This document shows, in pieces, positions 44,592 through 57,351 of a DNA stretch of 64,000 nt. The notes under the pieces are model-generated. The model was given only the letters and a program-made list of their open reading frames with translations, was not told where the DNA came from and made no database searches. Position 1 is the first letter of the stretch, and every line of letters begins with the position of its first letter. The position numbers and the translations under genes were made by a program. The stretch covers positions 1,550,001 to 1,614,000 of the forward strand of contig CAUYUJ010000001.1 in assembly GCA_963575745.1 (NCBI GenBank), written 5' to 3'. The stretch is from Prorocentrum cordatum (lineage: Eukaryota).

Positions 44592-47585
44592 GACGCCCCC
44601 AGCCCCCTCCGGCCTGGCCTCCCCTGGGTCCGATGATCCCCAGGACGGCGTGATGTGTGTCTACCGCACTCAGTTCCACCGGTAGTACGCCGCCTGTGCC
44701 GGCCGTCATTACACCGCCTGTGTGGTATCGAAGGGCTTCCCTGGACAAGCACACGATGGCGTTATCACACGTTCTGAGGACCACCGACCGATACGACCGG
44801 AATGGGTACGCAAAGAATGGGGACGAATACCAATGGCAGTTTTTGACAACGCTTATGATTGGGCATCGTGTTTAATGTTATTTATGTTCTCTTTACGGTG
44901 TTCTTCCCCACCCGACAGGTTGGGGTGGGATTTCAAGGGAGGGAACGCCCGTCTGCCCACCCTGCATACCGCGGTCGCCAGACCCCACAGTGTCCCGCCT
45001 CGCGTCCTCGACGAAGGACAATACCATATCGCGGTCACCAGACACCACAGGATCCCAGGGGTCATTGATTGAGCGGCCCGCCTCGCCTCCTCGACGAATG
45101 ACGGAATCCCGCATACCAGGCAGCCCTGAGTGGGAGGCGTCACGGCGCCACGCCGTCCAGGCGTCACGAGACATTAGCAAAGAATCAGGAGGAAAATATA
45201 TCCAAAACACAACGCAAGCATTGGCACACTTCATAGTTGACATGTTACGAAAACGCTTAGCAGAACCCATTCTATCATAGCAGCACGCGATAAAACGAAT
45301 CGAGCATAGTCAATCCCCGTCCAACATACCACACTGTAGCATAACAGTGTGCATCATTGCATCGTGGGCCATACCATCGCGTACCATATCCTAGCACAAT
45401 TCAGCAAACCATAGCATGGCATAGCGGACCATGAACCTATTACCACGCAACGCATCATCACACCATCTAGCATACGTGTTCTCTTAGTGCGACCAATCTA
45501 CGAACGCGTGAAATACAGCATAGAGGACGCATCACAATTGACTATGAATTTAGTCTCATGGAATAATGACCCATACTTGAATGAACAGTTCATAACGCGT
45601 GACAGCATACCACACCATAGCATACCACATCATACAATGTCAACGACCACCCCGACCAGGTCTGGGCAGTCGGACCAAGGAGCCTAGGTCCACCATCAAA
45701 GTGCATGGCGATGAGCGCATGGGCGGTACGGTGGTGCAGGAGGTGATCGTCAGCTGGCTCGGGAAGACCCTCTGGGGATACAGGGCTGTGGTGGGGTTGC
45801 AATCCACCCTCGCCCTTCCGTGGGCCAAGATGCTGGATATCACGTCCCCGACTGCATGTTTTCTTTTCGGGCACCTGGTCCACAGCTGCATCACTGTCTA
45901 ATCGAAGCTGGCCGTTGTGGAAACCCACCGCTCCAATTAGGCAGACCACATAACGCGTGTCTGGGAGCAGGACCCCACCAAAGCTGCGATCGAATTGCGG
46001 TTGCTCTACCCCGACCTCGCCAGGACGAAGAAATGCGGTGATGTACACAGGCACGGATATCAACCGATTGAGCCAGACACCCGCAAACCGGAGGCTCTAC
46101 GAGCCACTTTGGATCTCCCAGTCCCCGTCGAGGCGCAGTTGGATTCTTGGCTGAGCTCCCTCATTAAGCAGGTCAGCATCGCGTCCGAGGTGCCCCTAAC
46201 GCAGCAGACCTTGTCAGAGGGGATGGAGCTTGGCACGTGGCAGGCCATCAACAACTGACAAGGGGGCTGGATCGGGAAAGGACGCATCCAGTGCCGTTCC
46301 AAGATGGAGCTGTACAAGCTGCACCACGCCACACACGAGAAGGGCGCCCGCATCCAGGGACACGTCACGGCCACTCTACGTTGACATCGGGGACTACCTT
46401 GACGGCGACACGGGGGTCGACGAATTTGTTACGATCGGAGCCATAATTACAATTACCCCTCATGCTCTTATCCATAATTTTCCCCCACCCCCGTGCACAA
46501 CTGTGTCTGATCTCACGCTGACAGACGGTCCAGACCATCAGCCATCCTCCGACAGCGATGGACGAATTGACGGAAGACTGTTCAAAATTCCGTTCGCAAT
46601 AGTGCGAACAAGCGCATTCGTGACACGGAGGGCCACGGACAGAAACGGGTTCGTTGTGCGACATCTCGTCCAGCCTCCAGCATCCGACACCCCACTTCCA
46701 CCTTCCCCTATCGACCTCCAACCTCCACCAGCTTCTCACTGCGACCTCCATACTCCACCAACCGAAGTCTCACCTCCAACTAAGCCTACCGACCTCTGGC
46801 CGCCACCAACAGCGCATCCCGACCTCCAGCCTCCAGCACCCGACAGATCACTTTCACCTCCACAGGTCGAACTCCAGCGTCCGCCAACTCAATTCCTGCA
46901 TCCAGCTATCCGCTTCCGCCCTTACAGCCTCCACTCGCTCAGCATGTCGCCGCCCGCTTCCACGTCCACATATCGACCTCCAGCCTCTACCAGTTCAGCT
47001 TGGGTCAGCTTACTCCAGCCTCCGAGCAGGACAGCGCCCTCAGGGAGGCGCCCGCGCGGTGCCGCCAGAACCGCGGGGCGGAGCATGTCCTCGAGAAGAT
47101 GTGAAGGGAGGTCCCCAAGATGGCAACGACGGGCCCACAGAGCATCCACAAGCGCACCATGGCTGATCTGAGGCACCGTGGGTGCACTGTGCCGGTCTTC
47201 CTCGAGACGGCGTTAAAGGCGCTGGGCGACGCGGCCGCTGAGAAGGGCGGGCAGAAGCAAGGGGCGCCGGGCAAGAAGGAGTCCATCAGGACAAGGCGTA
47301 AGACCAGAAGGTGGACCAGGAGCAGTCCAAGCAGGACAAGACGAAAGACCAGGAGGAGTCCAATCGGGATAAGAAGAAGGAACACCAGGAGGAGTCCAAG
47401 CAGGACGAGAGAGGCCAGATGGATAGCCACCAGAAGGCCCAGCAGGACAACCAAGGCGAGATGACGGCCAAACCCCGAAGACGGGCCTTGGTGCGTGGCC
47501 AATCCTGGGCAGGCCCCAGGCCGCCGAGGCCCGTCGCCCCTCGCCCCCCGCCCCCCGCCCCCCGCCGCCCCGCCCCGCCCCCAAC

Positions 47586-47825
47586 ACGCCCATGGGACCA
47601 CCGCGCGCCTAGCCCACGGGGTCACGTGCCAAGGGCTCCTCCGCGAACTGGACCGCGGAGGGGCCGTGGGACCCATGGGCCCACGATGGTCGGTCCATGG
47701 GCCCATGGGCCCAGGCCAACGGCCATTGGGCGATGGCCCATCGCCCGTTGGGCGTTGGCCCATGATGGCCCATGGGCCCCGACCACCATTGGTCATGGGC
47801 CCATCGCCGATGGGCCCATGGGCTG
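47586..47825. repeat. Palindrome-rich satellite (GGGCCCAT/CCATGG units)
   Basis: Direct reading. Confidence 0.8.
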
Positions 47826-49379
47826 AGCAGAGGGCCGCGCGTTCCCCCTTCGCCACCCACTGCCGCCCAGTGCTGGCCGAAACGCAAGGCCGCCGCAGTA
47901 GAGGACGAGAGGGAGACGGCACAGAAGCGGAAGCTGGAGGATGAGAACAGGGGGATGCATTCTCGGAGCCGCCGTTCGGCGCAAGCTGAGGTTTGAACCG
48001 AGGTCTGGCGCCGTGGATCATTCTGAGGTTTGGCGCGAGCTGTCGCGAGGGCTCCTCGGGCCCGCCTTCGTCGTCGGTCGCGGGGCCTGCTCGGGAGTTG
48101 GCGGCGCGTCGCCAAGGGCCGCGAGATCGAAGGGGTCGCTGCTGAAGGAGAGCGCAATCGCCCAGATGACACCGCGGGATCGAGGGGGGCTGCAGCAGAA
48201 GGCCCGCATTGCAAGAATGGGCAACCATCCCAACGGCACCCTTGCATCATTGCCTCGTCGGCCCATCCCTGGCCGCATTCGTTGGTCGCGTCCCGCTCGA
48301 GAAGCTTTGGCGCGGGCATCCAAGGCCCTTGCGCCCTTATCGCGCGCCCTTACGACGCGGGCCGACTGTGTCGACGGCCTTCGCCGTTCCGTGACCCCCA
48401 TCCGTCCAGAGCTGTGTAGTTGTTATAATGTATTTCGCAGTTCCGCGGCCCCACCCACTTGGCTTCGCCGCTCCCGCTCGCCCCGCTCGCCCCGCCGATG
48501 CGAGATCGTCATATGCTGGCGCCCAGCATGATGCAACAGCTTGTGTTAATTATAGTTCTTGGGGCACGAGTAAATGATATGCATGCTCCCCCAATGTGGG
48601 ATCTTGATTGGCGTGCGACCAGGTGGTGAACTTTGCCTGCGTCGGACGCTGCCCCCCTGGCCCATTGTGGCGCAGTGCGCGTTCGATTCACTTCTTTTAG
48701 ATTTTGAACCCGCGTCCAGACGCAGGTTTTGGGGGGCAGTTCGGTCCGAGGAGGAAAGAGATGCATCCGCGTTGTCCGGGGCCCGCGCGCGCGGTAAGTC
48801 GATGGGGGCGCGCGGGACAGTGCAGGGCACATCCTGGGAAATTGATGACCGAACCCCCTCCCTCGTAGAATCTTACCGCGGGCTGGTGCCAGGGTCCGTG
48901 GATCAGATTTCTTCGGGCTTCCCGTATTATTTTTAATGACCTATCAATTCCGAACAGGGTAGAAATCGGATCAGCCGTAGGAGATAAGACCAGACGCGGA
49001 CCCGGAAAATCCGAGATCGGATTCGCGCGGACGGAAATCGGATCCACCGGAACAGAAACCAACATCAACATTGGATTTGCGCGAACGTCAATGGATCCGA
49101 CGGTGGTTATCCCACGCGCGATTGCTCAAGACATCAAACCGTCGTTCTGGGCCCAAGAGGAAAACGCTTTCGCTTTGGGGGCGCATGGCCTCAGGGCCCC
49201 CGAGAACATCTGATGCCCTCCAGGCGGCGGCAACCAGGGCCCTTTTCGCCCCCCCCCCCCCTCGCGGACTTCAACGACTCGCGCTAGGAAGCAGAGCGCA
49301 TAATTGCAACATCGGAGATTGGAAATTGGACATGGAGCAGGAAGCAGCAAGCGGAGCTCGATGGCCCGGCAAGGGGGCC

Positions 49380-49720
49380 GGCGGATCTTGAAGAGGGAAG
49401 AGCTCAAGGACGAGTTCGACGCGCTCATTTCTGCAGATGACAATTCCTTGGGTTCAGTGCCCCTTCATTGCAGATGCAAGATCTTGAGATCTACAGCAGC
49501 TTGCGACTCTCTCCACATGGTCCTCGATGGCGACCCAGACCCGCTCGGGGCCCGGCGTGCCTTTGCGCGTTAGGCTGCCAGGGCTATTCGGAGACAGGAT
49601 GCGTCACTTGCTATCGAGGTGCGTTACTCGCCAAGTGTTGTTCACGAGCGCATCGACATCGCCGACGGGAGAATGCGCGGGTTGATCCTGCTGCTTTCCA
49701 GGCGTGGTCAGAGAGCCCTC
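49380..49720 (+). mobile_element. Degenerate LINE ORF2 fragment (APE-RT linker), related to the 30-35 kb element
   Basis: FAR*AARAIRRQDASLA..HERIDIADG../VDPAAF aligns by eye to FRSMSRAVWRDDVALG..YLDVTETEV..IRPPTF of ORF2. Contains a stop and a frameshift. Confidence 0.45.
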
Positions 49721-50140
49721 GTCGCGCGGCGACCGCGGCGGACACTTCTGACGGCCTCGCCGTTGCAGTCACTGGTGGTTCGGGAGAGTGCTTCGACGCT
49801 GACAATCCAGGACTCCACCACGTTCTCGCCCCGCGCGGGCCGCGGGCGGTTCCGTCGGCGTTGCGCTGCTTTGCGTATCAGGGTCCCCGTTGGTGGCGTG
49901 AGCTCCTCCTCGTTCTCCTCCCCTTCCTCGGTCCCTCGATCCTTTGCTCGCGTCTCCCCTGCCAATCTCCAGGGTGTCCAAGCCTGCTGCATCGGCCTGC
50001 GCTGCCGTGGGAAAACATCTCCCCACCCCATATTCCCTCCTCGTCCTGCCGGGCACAGTTCGCCGAAGCGATACCCTCGAGGGTGCCAGGCACTCCGCGT
50101 GGTAGATGGGGACTTCCCCCTGAATTTAATCGCTTCGCTC

Positions 50141-51084
50141 ATTCCGCCGGCCCGTATTGTGCCATCGCAGGCGTTTGCTTGCGCGTTCGTGGCCTCTTGG
50201 AGCCTCGGTGGGGCCGTTTGGGGCCTCTTGGCGCCTCTTTTTAGGCATCTTGGAGAACTCGGGAGGCCTCCAGGGGGCCTCCTGAGCTCTCGTGACGGTC
50301 TCTTGGGGGGCTTTCGGCGGGCTCTTGGCGGTATTTGTTGGTCCTCTTGGGGCCTGGGGCCTGACGTTGTTGGTCCTCTTGGGGCCTCACGGGAGCTTAT
50401 TGGGGCGTCTTGGGGGTGTCTTGGAGAGTCTCTTGGGGCCTCTTTCGGGGTCCTGGGCGCCTTCTGGGGCGGAGGGCTCGATTTTTCAGTTCTCGGTTCC
50501 CTTCTTGAGCCCCTCTTGGGCCCGTCTTGGGGCCTCTTGGTCCGCCTTGGGCAGCACTTGGGCCGTCTGGGGGGCGCTCTTGGGCCGCTCCGGGGCCGTC
50601 TTGGGAGCCTCGTGGGCCGTCTTGGAGCAGTCTTGAAGGCCTCTTGGGCCCTCTTGGAGCGTCCGGAAGCGAAAAGGCCAGAACGCAAAAAAAACATCGA
50701 ACAAAACAATGAAAATCAACGATTTTGGCAACTTGGGGCCCTCTTCGGAGGCCTCTTGGAAGGCCCTTGGAGCGTCTTGGAGGCCTCTTGGGCTGTCTTG
50801 GGGCCATCTGGGGCGTCTTCGGGCGATCTTTGGCCGTCTCGGGCCTCTCTTGGACCGTCTAGAAAGCTTCTCGGGGCCCTCTTGGACCGATCTGGAGCCC
50901 TCTTGGACTCCGAAACAGAACTCCGGCATCTCTGACCCGACCTTGCCGGGGACTTGCCGGGGACCTTGCCGGGGTACTTTTCGCCCGGGGACCCCCAGGG
51001 GCCGCCCCGCGCGCGCGAACTAGAAATACTGTTAACCAGGTACCGGAGATCTTAGCACGCCCTGGCCCGTTGGGCCGGCGAATT
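50141..51084 (+). mobile_element. Element with internal ~11-bp (GGGCCTCTTGG)-type satellite, short inverted repeats and 3' hairpin
   Basis: ATTCCGCCGGCCC (50141-53) / GGGCCGGCGAAT (51072-83). Hairpin GGCCC-GTT-GGGCC. Confidence 0.6.
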
Positions 51085-52310
51085 GTCTGCTCAGCCCTCT
51101 CTCTCAATCTGTGCGCGAATCAGCCTCGCCGACGCTGAACCCTGCTTGGGGCTCGGACCCAAACCGCCTTGTCGACAGGAAACCTAACAACCAGCGAGAC
51201 CTGGATGAGACAACCTTCGTCCCTCGGGGCCACTGCGCCGACGCCGCGATGGAGCGCCCTGCCTGTGCGAGGCGCAGTGCCAGCGCTCTGTTGCAGCAGG
51301 CGCGGGCCCAGTGCAGAAGGCGTGGCCCCCCTCCACGTCGCGCCCCGCCCACGAACGCCCCGTCCTTGCGCAGCGCATGCTAGTGCCATGATGGCCCTCC
51401 CCTCTGAGCTCGCCCCTGCGGGGCGGTTCAGTGTCCGACTCGATCCGATCCGATCCCCAGACTTGGATCGCGATCTCGGTCAGATCCGACACGAACCGAT
51501 CCCCTCTATTGGTGCAGAGGCCGAGCCTAATCGGCGATCCCAAACGACCCGACCCCAGTCCGATTCCCCGCCGAATCGGGTGCGATCCGCTTCCGTTTCC
51601 GATCCGACTCCGCGATCCAATCCAAGCCGGGCTTGCCCAGGCCACAGGAAACCGAAGGCCCCCAATGGTGCGGCGACCACGCCATGTGGAGGTGGGGATG
51701 CGGGTTCAATGCACGGTTGTAGGACTTGGCTCGTTGTCGGAGGAAGACCTCGGGCGGCTGGGGCCTCCGGGGTCGCAAAACCATTCGGTGACGGACCGTG
51801 CGTGGATGTCTTCGGGGGTTACAAGGTCACCACACGGTCTGCCACCGCACCGCGTTGGGACCCCAATGCCTCCCGTGCGAACAGGAAATAAATTCGGATA
51901 AGCTGGGCCGATGGCGTTTCGAACTGCGCCCGCAGCTAAAGCCGAAGCCAAACCGGAAGCGCACAGGGAAAGAAAGCGCCCACCCTGCAGACTCGGTCAA
52001 CAGCACGTCACGGAGCCGTGCTGCATCCTCCCCCGAGCAGTGGCCCCAAGTCGGGTTTGTTAGGGTGCAATCCCTGAGAGGATGAAATTCAGCAGCGGCG
52101 CGCGTATATATCGTTTCGAACGCCAGCCGGATCCAGCTTAATCCCGTCGCATTCGGCGCAATCGGGCTTACTCCTGGGCTTCGTCCAGGCTGGTCAGGCC
52201 GAGTCGTTTTTCTGTTGACCCACTCCCCCCTAGTCCTCGCCACGAAGACACCTCCGGAGTTGCTTGCTTCGCTGAGCACCGGCCCGAAACTGGGCGGGCC
52301 CCAGCCGCAG

Positions 52311-52432
52311 GAGGCGCGGAGAGAAGAAGCGCTTTCCCCATCGTGGGCTGGTTTGTGCGCGAGATTCGGCGCCTGGGCGTGTCGATCTTCGGCGTCATCA
52401 CCACGTTCATCTTCGGGCCCGGCGGCCTGCAG
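52311..52432 (+). CDS. FAF2: Exon of FAF2-like gene (amphipathic/hydrophobic hairpin region)
   Basis: Acceptor cgcAG|G. Translates as GGAERRSAFPIVGWFVREIRRLGVSIFGVITTFIFGPGGLQ. GC donor. Its position between UBA and UAS matches the membrane/lipid-droplet hairpin of UBXD8/PUX10. Confidence 0.7.
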
Positions 52433-52734
52433 GCCTGCTCCGCCGCCGGCGGAGGAAGGCAGGAAGAGATGGGAACAGGGGGAGGGGGGGGCAGGTGGGA
52501 GCAGGGGGGGGGTAGGGGAGGAGGCGGAGGAGGAGGAGGAGGAGGAGGAAACGGAAGAGGAGGCGGAGGAGGCGGAGAAGGAGGGGGAGGAGGAGGAGGA
52601 GGAGGACAAGCTAGGTGCGCGCGCGTCATATCTGACGTCCTACCCCTCCCTCCCATCCCTTACCATGGCGCTGATTTTCTCTATCCGCGGACGCGTGTCG
52701 TAGCGGACCTGTGGCTCCGCGCGCGCGTGCGTAG

Positions 52735-52955
52735 TGGGTGGTGGTGCACGTGCGTGCGTGCGTGCGTGCGTGTGTGCGTGGTTGTGGTGGTGGTGGTGGT
52801 GGGTGGTGGTGGTGGTGGTGGTGGTGGTGGTGGTGGTGGTGGTGGTGGTGGTGAGGTGGTGGTGGTGGTGGTGGTGAGGTGGTGGTGGTGGTGGTGGTGG
52901 TGGTGGTGGTGGTGGTGGTGGTGGTGGTGGTGGTGGTGGTGGTGGTGGTGCGGTG
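52735..52955. repeat. (GCGT)n + (GGT)n microsatellite
   Basis: Direct reading. Confidence 0.92.
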
Positions 52956-54946
52956 CGGCGGTGGTGGCGGGCGGATGGGCGCGCGAGAAAAAGGCCCGCG
53001 CTGGGGCAAGAACGCCATCCTGAACGACGGAGGCCAAACACCGATCCGAAAACGAGGCCCACGCTGCAGCGGGAGCACGATTCGGAACGATTCGGGAGCA
53101 GAAATGAGGCCGGCGCCTGAACGAGAGCAGCATTTAAGGAAAAAATGACGCCGTCGCCTTAGCGAGAGTCGTTTCCCGGGATTTCCCGGGGATCCTGTGT
53201 GTAAAAAAACAGTACGCGGAAGGTGCGCGGCCATCACCCGGACGCCATCAGAGGAAGAGGGAGAGTATTTTCATATTGAGTAATTGTGGAGGAGGAGGAG
53301 GAGAAGGAGGAGGAGAAGGAGGAGGAGGAGGAGGAAGAGGAGCAGGAGGATGGGGAGGAGGAGGAGGAGGAGGAGGAGGAGGAGGAGGAGGACGAGGACG
53401 AGGACGAGGACGAGGAAGAGGAGGCGGAGATGGTAGCGTAGTCCCGCGCAGTCCCATTCTACATAATGGCGGTAAGCGTCTGGTGTCCTTTGGATTTCAG
53501 CGAGGGCGCGCGCAGAAACTTTTTGGGGGACTGAACGAACACATGATCGTTCTTGGTGTTTCAATCGCTGTTTCGTGAAATTGTTAGTGCTGCTATGCTT
53601 TTCGAACATGGTTTTATCATGCGCGCTGATGCGCTCGCATGTGATCAGCATAGTTTTATTCGATTTGTGGAAGCGCGCTCATATCAACGCATGTGCACCG
53701 CAGTGTACCTGTTGCAAGATCAGGCGGAGGGGAGGCCGATATTGGCCTTGCTGTGATGGTACTTTATCTTATTAGGATGATCGGTCGTATGTTATACACC
53801 ATGTGAAAATACAGCACACGGTGGGATACGACATGTCCAGTGTCGGCCTAGGGATACAGTTCAGCTCTTGATGGGGGAACGAGTAAATGCGTTGCAAGTT
53901 ACGTGGTGCAAGTTATGTGGTGCAGCCTACGTGCTGCAAGCTGTGGAGTGCAGTCCGTGTGGCACACGCTGTGTGGTGCAACCCGTGTGGTGGGTGCTAC
54001 TTGGCAATCCGTGTCGGGCAATCGTTGCCGTGCACGGTATGGTGTGCAAGATGTGTGGTGCGGCTAGTCTGCATGGTGCTACGTGCGCGTGCACCCGGGA
54101 ACGCCGGCTAGCCACCCAGGGCGGCCATGAGGCGGCCACGGGCGCACACCTGGCGAAACCCGACGATGCCAGCCAGCTCACGGAGAGGCTACGAGGAGCG
54201 GGCGCCTGCCGGGCGAACTCCCAGAAACGTTGGCCCTGTGCTTGGGAATCGAGTCAAGAGCCCCTGGTGCAAGCCTTGCTTAGGGAAGGACCAGGCAGCG
54301 GGAGCCAAACAGGAAGAGATTGGCGGAGCCCCGCGGAAGCGAAATCGCTCTCCCTGGAATCGCCTGTGTGGATAGTCAACAGTTCCCAGAGTCGGCCATA
54401 CACCAGGCAGGCCTAGGATAAAGATGAATCGCTCCAGTGCGTTCTGGAACGCTCTCAGAGCCTTCCCGAGTGCTCTGAAACGGCCACGGCGCCCGTTGCA
54501 TTATCCAGGCCTGCCAGGATTCAGATAATCCCGATGTGACTCGATCCGAACTTATCTTCTTCCTGCCTGCATCCTTCATCGACCATACAGACAACATCTG
54601 AGCATAAGGACCACTGTTGGTGTCCAGAGGGGCCCGAGGTTCCGTCGGTCCTTCCTCGGGTTCTCCTTTGGCGCTCCTCGTGAATCTTGGCGCTGCCAGG
54701 GTCAAGTGATGCGTCCTTCCGTGCCCAAGGTTCCGTATGGCAGAACTTCGGCTTTACAACACCCCCTGAGATCCGATGTTGCGAAACCATGGCGACTTTA
54801 CGAAAAGTCACGGCTGGAGCCCTCGACCCCATATTTTCTACCGGCTCTCTCCGGACGGATCGACATGTTCTGGCCCCGGGGGCTGGTGGCGACGACGCCC
54901 CGTGTGGAACATTTGCAGCGCCCGGACCTCCGGGCCGCGCGCACAG

Positions 54947-55075
54947 GCGGGCGCGAACAGCGTCTCCGGCCCCGCATTCACCCGCGCGCTCACTGCGGCC
55001 TACGGCGCCGACCTGCAGCTCCCGCAGTTCTTCGAGGGCACCTTCGCGCAGGCGCTCCAGGCGGCACGCCAGCAG
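54947..55075 (+). CDS. FAF2: Exon of FAF2-like gene (start of UAS domain)
   Basis: Acceptor cacAG|G. Translates as AGANSVSGPAFTRALTAAYGADLQLPQFFEGTFAQALQAARQQ, matching the F...YG...PxFFxGSFxxALxxA opening of FAF-type UAS domains. GC donor. The rest of the gene lies beyond the window. Confidence 0.78.
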
Positions 55076-55929
55076 GCGGGGCCGCGGGGGGGGGGGCCGG
55101 GGCCCGCGTGCCTGGCCGTGGGGGTCCATGCCCTGTCCGGAGGGGAAAAGAACACACAGACACGAGTGACCGTCGATCCCCACGAGTGACCGTCGATCCC
55201 CAGGAAGTGGGGGGGAAGACAAAAACCCAGAAAATATGGGGAAAAATGGGGAATCCTGCAATTTGTGTCTATTTCTTTGTGTGTCCCAGGGCCCCTTCAC
55301 CCTGGGGATCTCGTGAGTCCCGAGGTCTCCGGCGACCTGTTCTCTCTTCCTGCCGGGAGGCGTTCCTCGAGGTCGGCCCCCGGGGCCCGTCATCGGGCCA
55401 CGGGGCCATCACGAACGGACCCGGGGCGCGGCGGGGGCCTCTAGTCGGAGGTTGATAGACCTCCTACCCTGGCACGTCGATTAGCGAATTGGCCGTTTTC
55501 GGTTCAAGAGAGGGCGTCGCGGCCGTCATTTTTGCGGGTGCATGTCCGTCGGTTTCGGTCCCAGGCCGTTTTCATTAAGGGGAGGTGTACTAAAGGGAGG
55601 TTAGTCCACCGCCGACCTAGGGCCGCGGATGGAACCATAACGCCAGATCGGCCGCTGTCTTGGTCTGTTCCTGGCCAAGCACGAGTTTCGGCGAAATGGG
55701 GAGGGAACCCAAGAAGAACTCACCCCTTGCAGCCAGACGCTGAACAGCAGCGCCGCGTGACGGGGACGCACATGGTGAGTCAGCGCCAAAGGGGGCGTGC
55801 CTGGTGCACGAGCAATTCATCTGCTCGCCGGAAGCATGGGAACAAAAACGCCTGATTCATAGATTCGCCGAGAAAGCCAATGCTGGGGCAGCAAGTCTGT
55901 AGTCGACCCCCTACTCGAGGTGTGGGTGG

Positions 55930-56548
55930 CCAGTGCCGCGGGACACCGAGCACGGCACGGCGCGCGCGCGCGGGCACGGCGCGGCGCGGCACGGCACGGC
56001 ACGGCCGTCGCATGTCTGGAGCTTCGGCACGGCCCGGCACGCGGGCACAGCACGGCACGCCCTTCGCGCTCGAGAGGCCTTGGCGCGGCATGGCTCGCGG
56101 GCGCGGCACCTCTTCCGCCTTCTGGAACCTTGGCGCGGGGCACGCCCGCACAGCACAGCAGGGGCCGTGCGGACCTTCCAGGCAGAGCCTGGGCGCGGCG
56201 CGGCACGGCTCGATGTGCAGGCACAGCGCCGCGCGCGCGCGCCAGGGGCGCCACGCGCGCGTGCCAGCGGCGCCGCACGTGCGTGCCAGCGGCGACGCCC
56301 GCGCGTGCCAGCGGGGCCACGTGCGCGCGCCAGCGGGGCCACGCGCGCAGCGGGGCCACGCGTGCGCGCCAGCGGGCGCGTGCTCCGCATTCTGGAGCCT
56401 GGGCACGGTGCGGCACACGGGCACGGCACGGTATTCTCTCGGAGTCTGGAACCTGGGCGCGGCATGGCAAGCGGGCACGGCCTGCGGGCACACCACTTGT
56501 TTCGCCTTCTGGAACCTGGGCGCGAGGCACGCTGGCACGGCACGGCAG
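55930..56548. repeat. (GGCAC)n-based satellite punctuated by TTCTGGAACCTGGGCGC
   Basis: Direct reading. Confidence 0.8.
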
Positions 56549-56573
56549 GTTGTCCAGCGTCCTTCGGCCCGTG

Positions 56574-57351
56574 CCGCCACCGTGCGTGGGTTGCGGGTCA
56601 GAGTTCTCAGGGATGCTTCCTCGTGTTTCTTCGGGGCACTCTCGGGGGTCTCTCGGGAGCAGTCTGGGGGGGCCTCTTGGGGGCCTTCGGGGGGCCTGTT
56701 GGAGCTTGTTGGGGGCCTCGTGGGGCCTCCTGGGGGCCGCTCGGGGCCGAGGGCTCGAACTGTCCCTTCGGGTTCCCCGTCTTGGCCCCCTCTGAGGAGC
56801 TGTCCTTGGGCCCTCTTGGACCGTCTTGGGGCCCTCTTGGGCCATCTTGGGGCTCTCTTGGGGGCCTCTGGGGCTGTCGTGGGACGATGTTGGGGGCCTC
56901 GCGGGCCGTCGTTGAGCGTCGGGAAACCTCAAAGGCGAGAACGCCAAAATCTTGTAAACAACGCCTAGGTAAATACATGGTATCTGCCTCTTGGGGCCCT
57001 CTCGGGAGGCCTCTTGGAGGCCTCTTTGGACGTCTTGGAGGCCTCTTGGGTCATCTTTGGGCCATCTCGGCCGTCTTGGACCGATCGTTCGGCGACTCGG
57101 GGCCCTCTTGGGCCGTCTTGGGAGCCTCTTGGGGCCCTCTGGGCCCATCTTGGGGCCTTCTTGGGGCCCGAAAGAGTCGCGAGTTGACGCGACCAGCCAT
57201 CGACGAGACGCACTAAGCCCTGGCAGGTTTGGCAATGTTGGGCCTGGGCCTCTTGAAGATTCAATCCTCAGGAGCGAGGATTGCGGACTAGAGGATAGGG
57301 CCCAGGACCTGAGGACGCGCCCACTCCGTGCCCAGCGACACGGTGGCGGAT
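56574..57351 (+). mobile_element. Related element with (GGGCCTCTTGG)-type satellite, 11-bp IR and 3' hairpin
   Basis: CCGCCACCGTG (56574-84) / CACGGTGGCGG (57339-49). Hairpin CCGTG-n8-CACGG. Confidence 0.6.

Noticed and set aside
8015..55075. Ubiquitin-proteasome gene cluster (UBX + RING + Adc17-like)
   Set aside because: These categories are large, the TMA17 call is tentative, and chance co-location is adequate.
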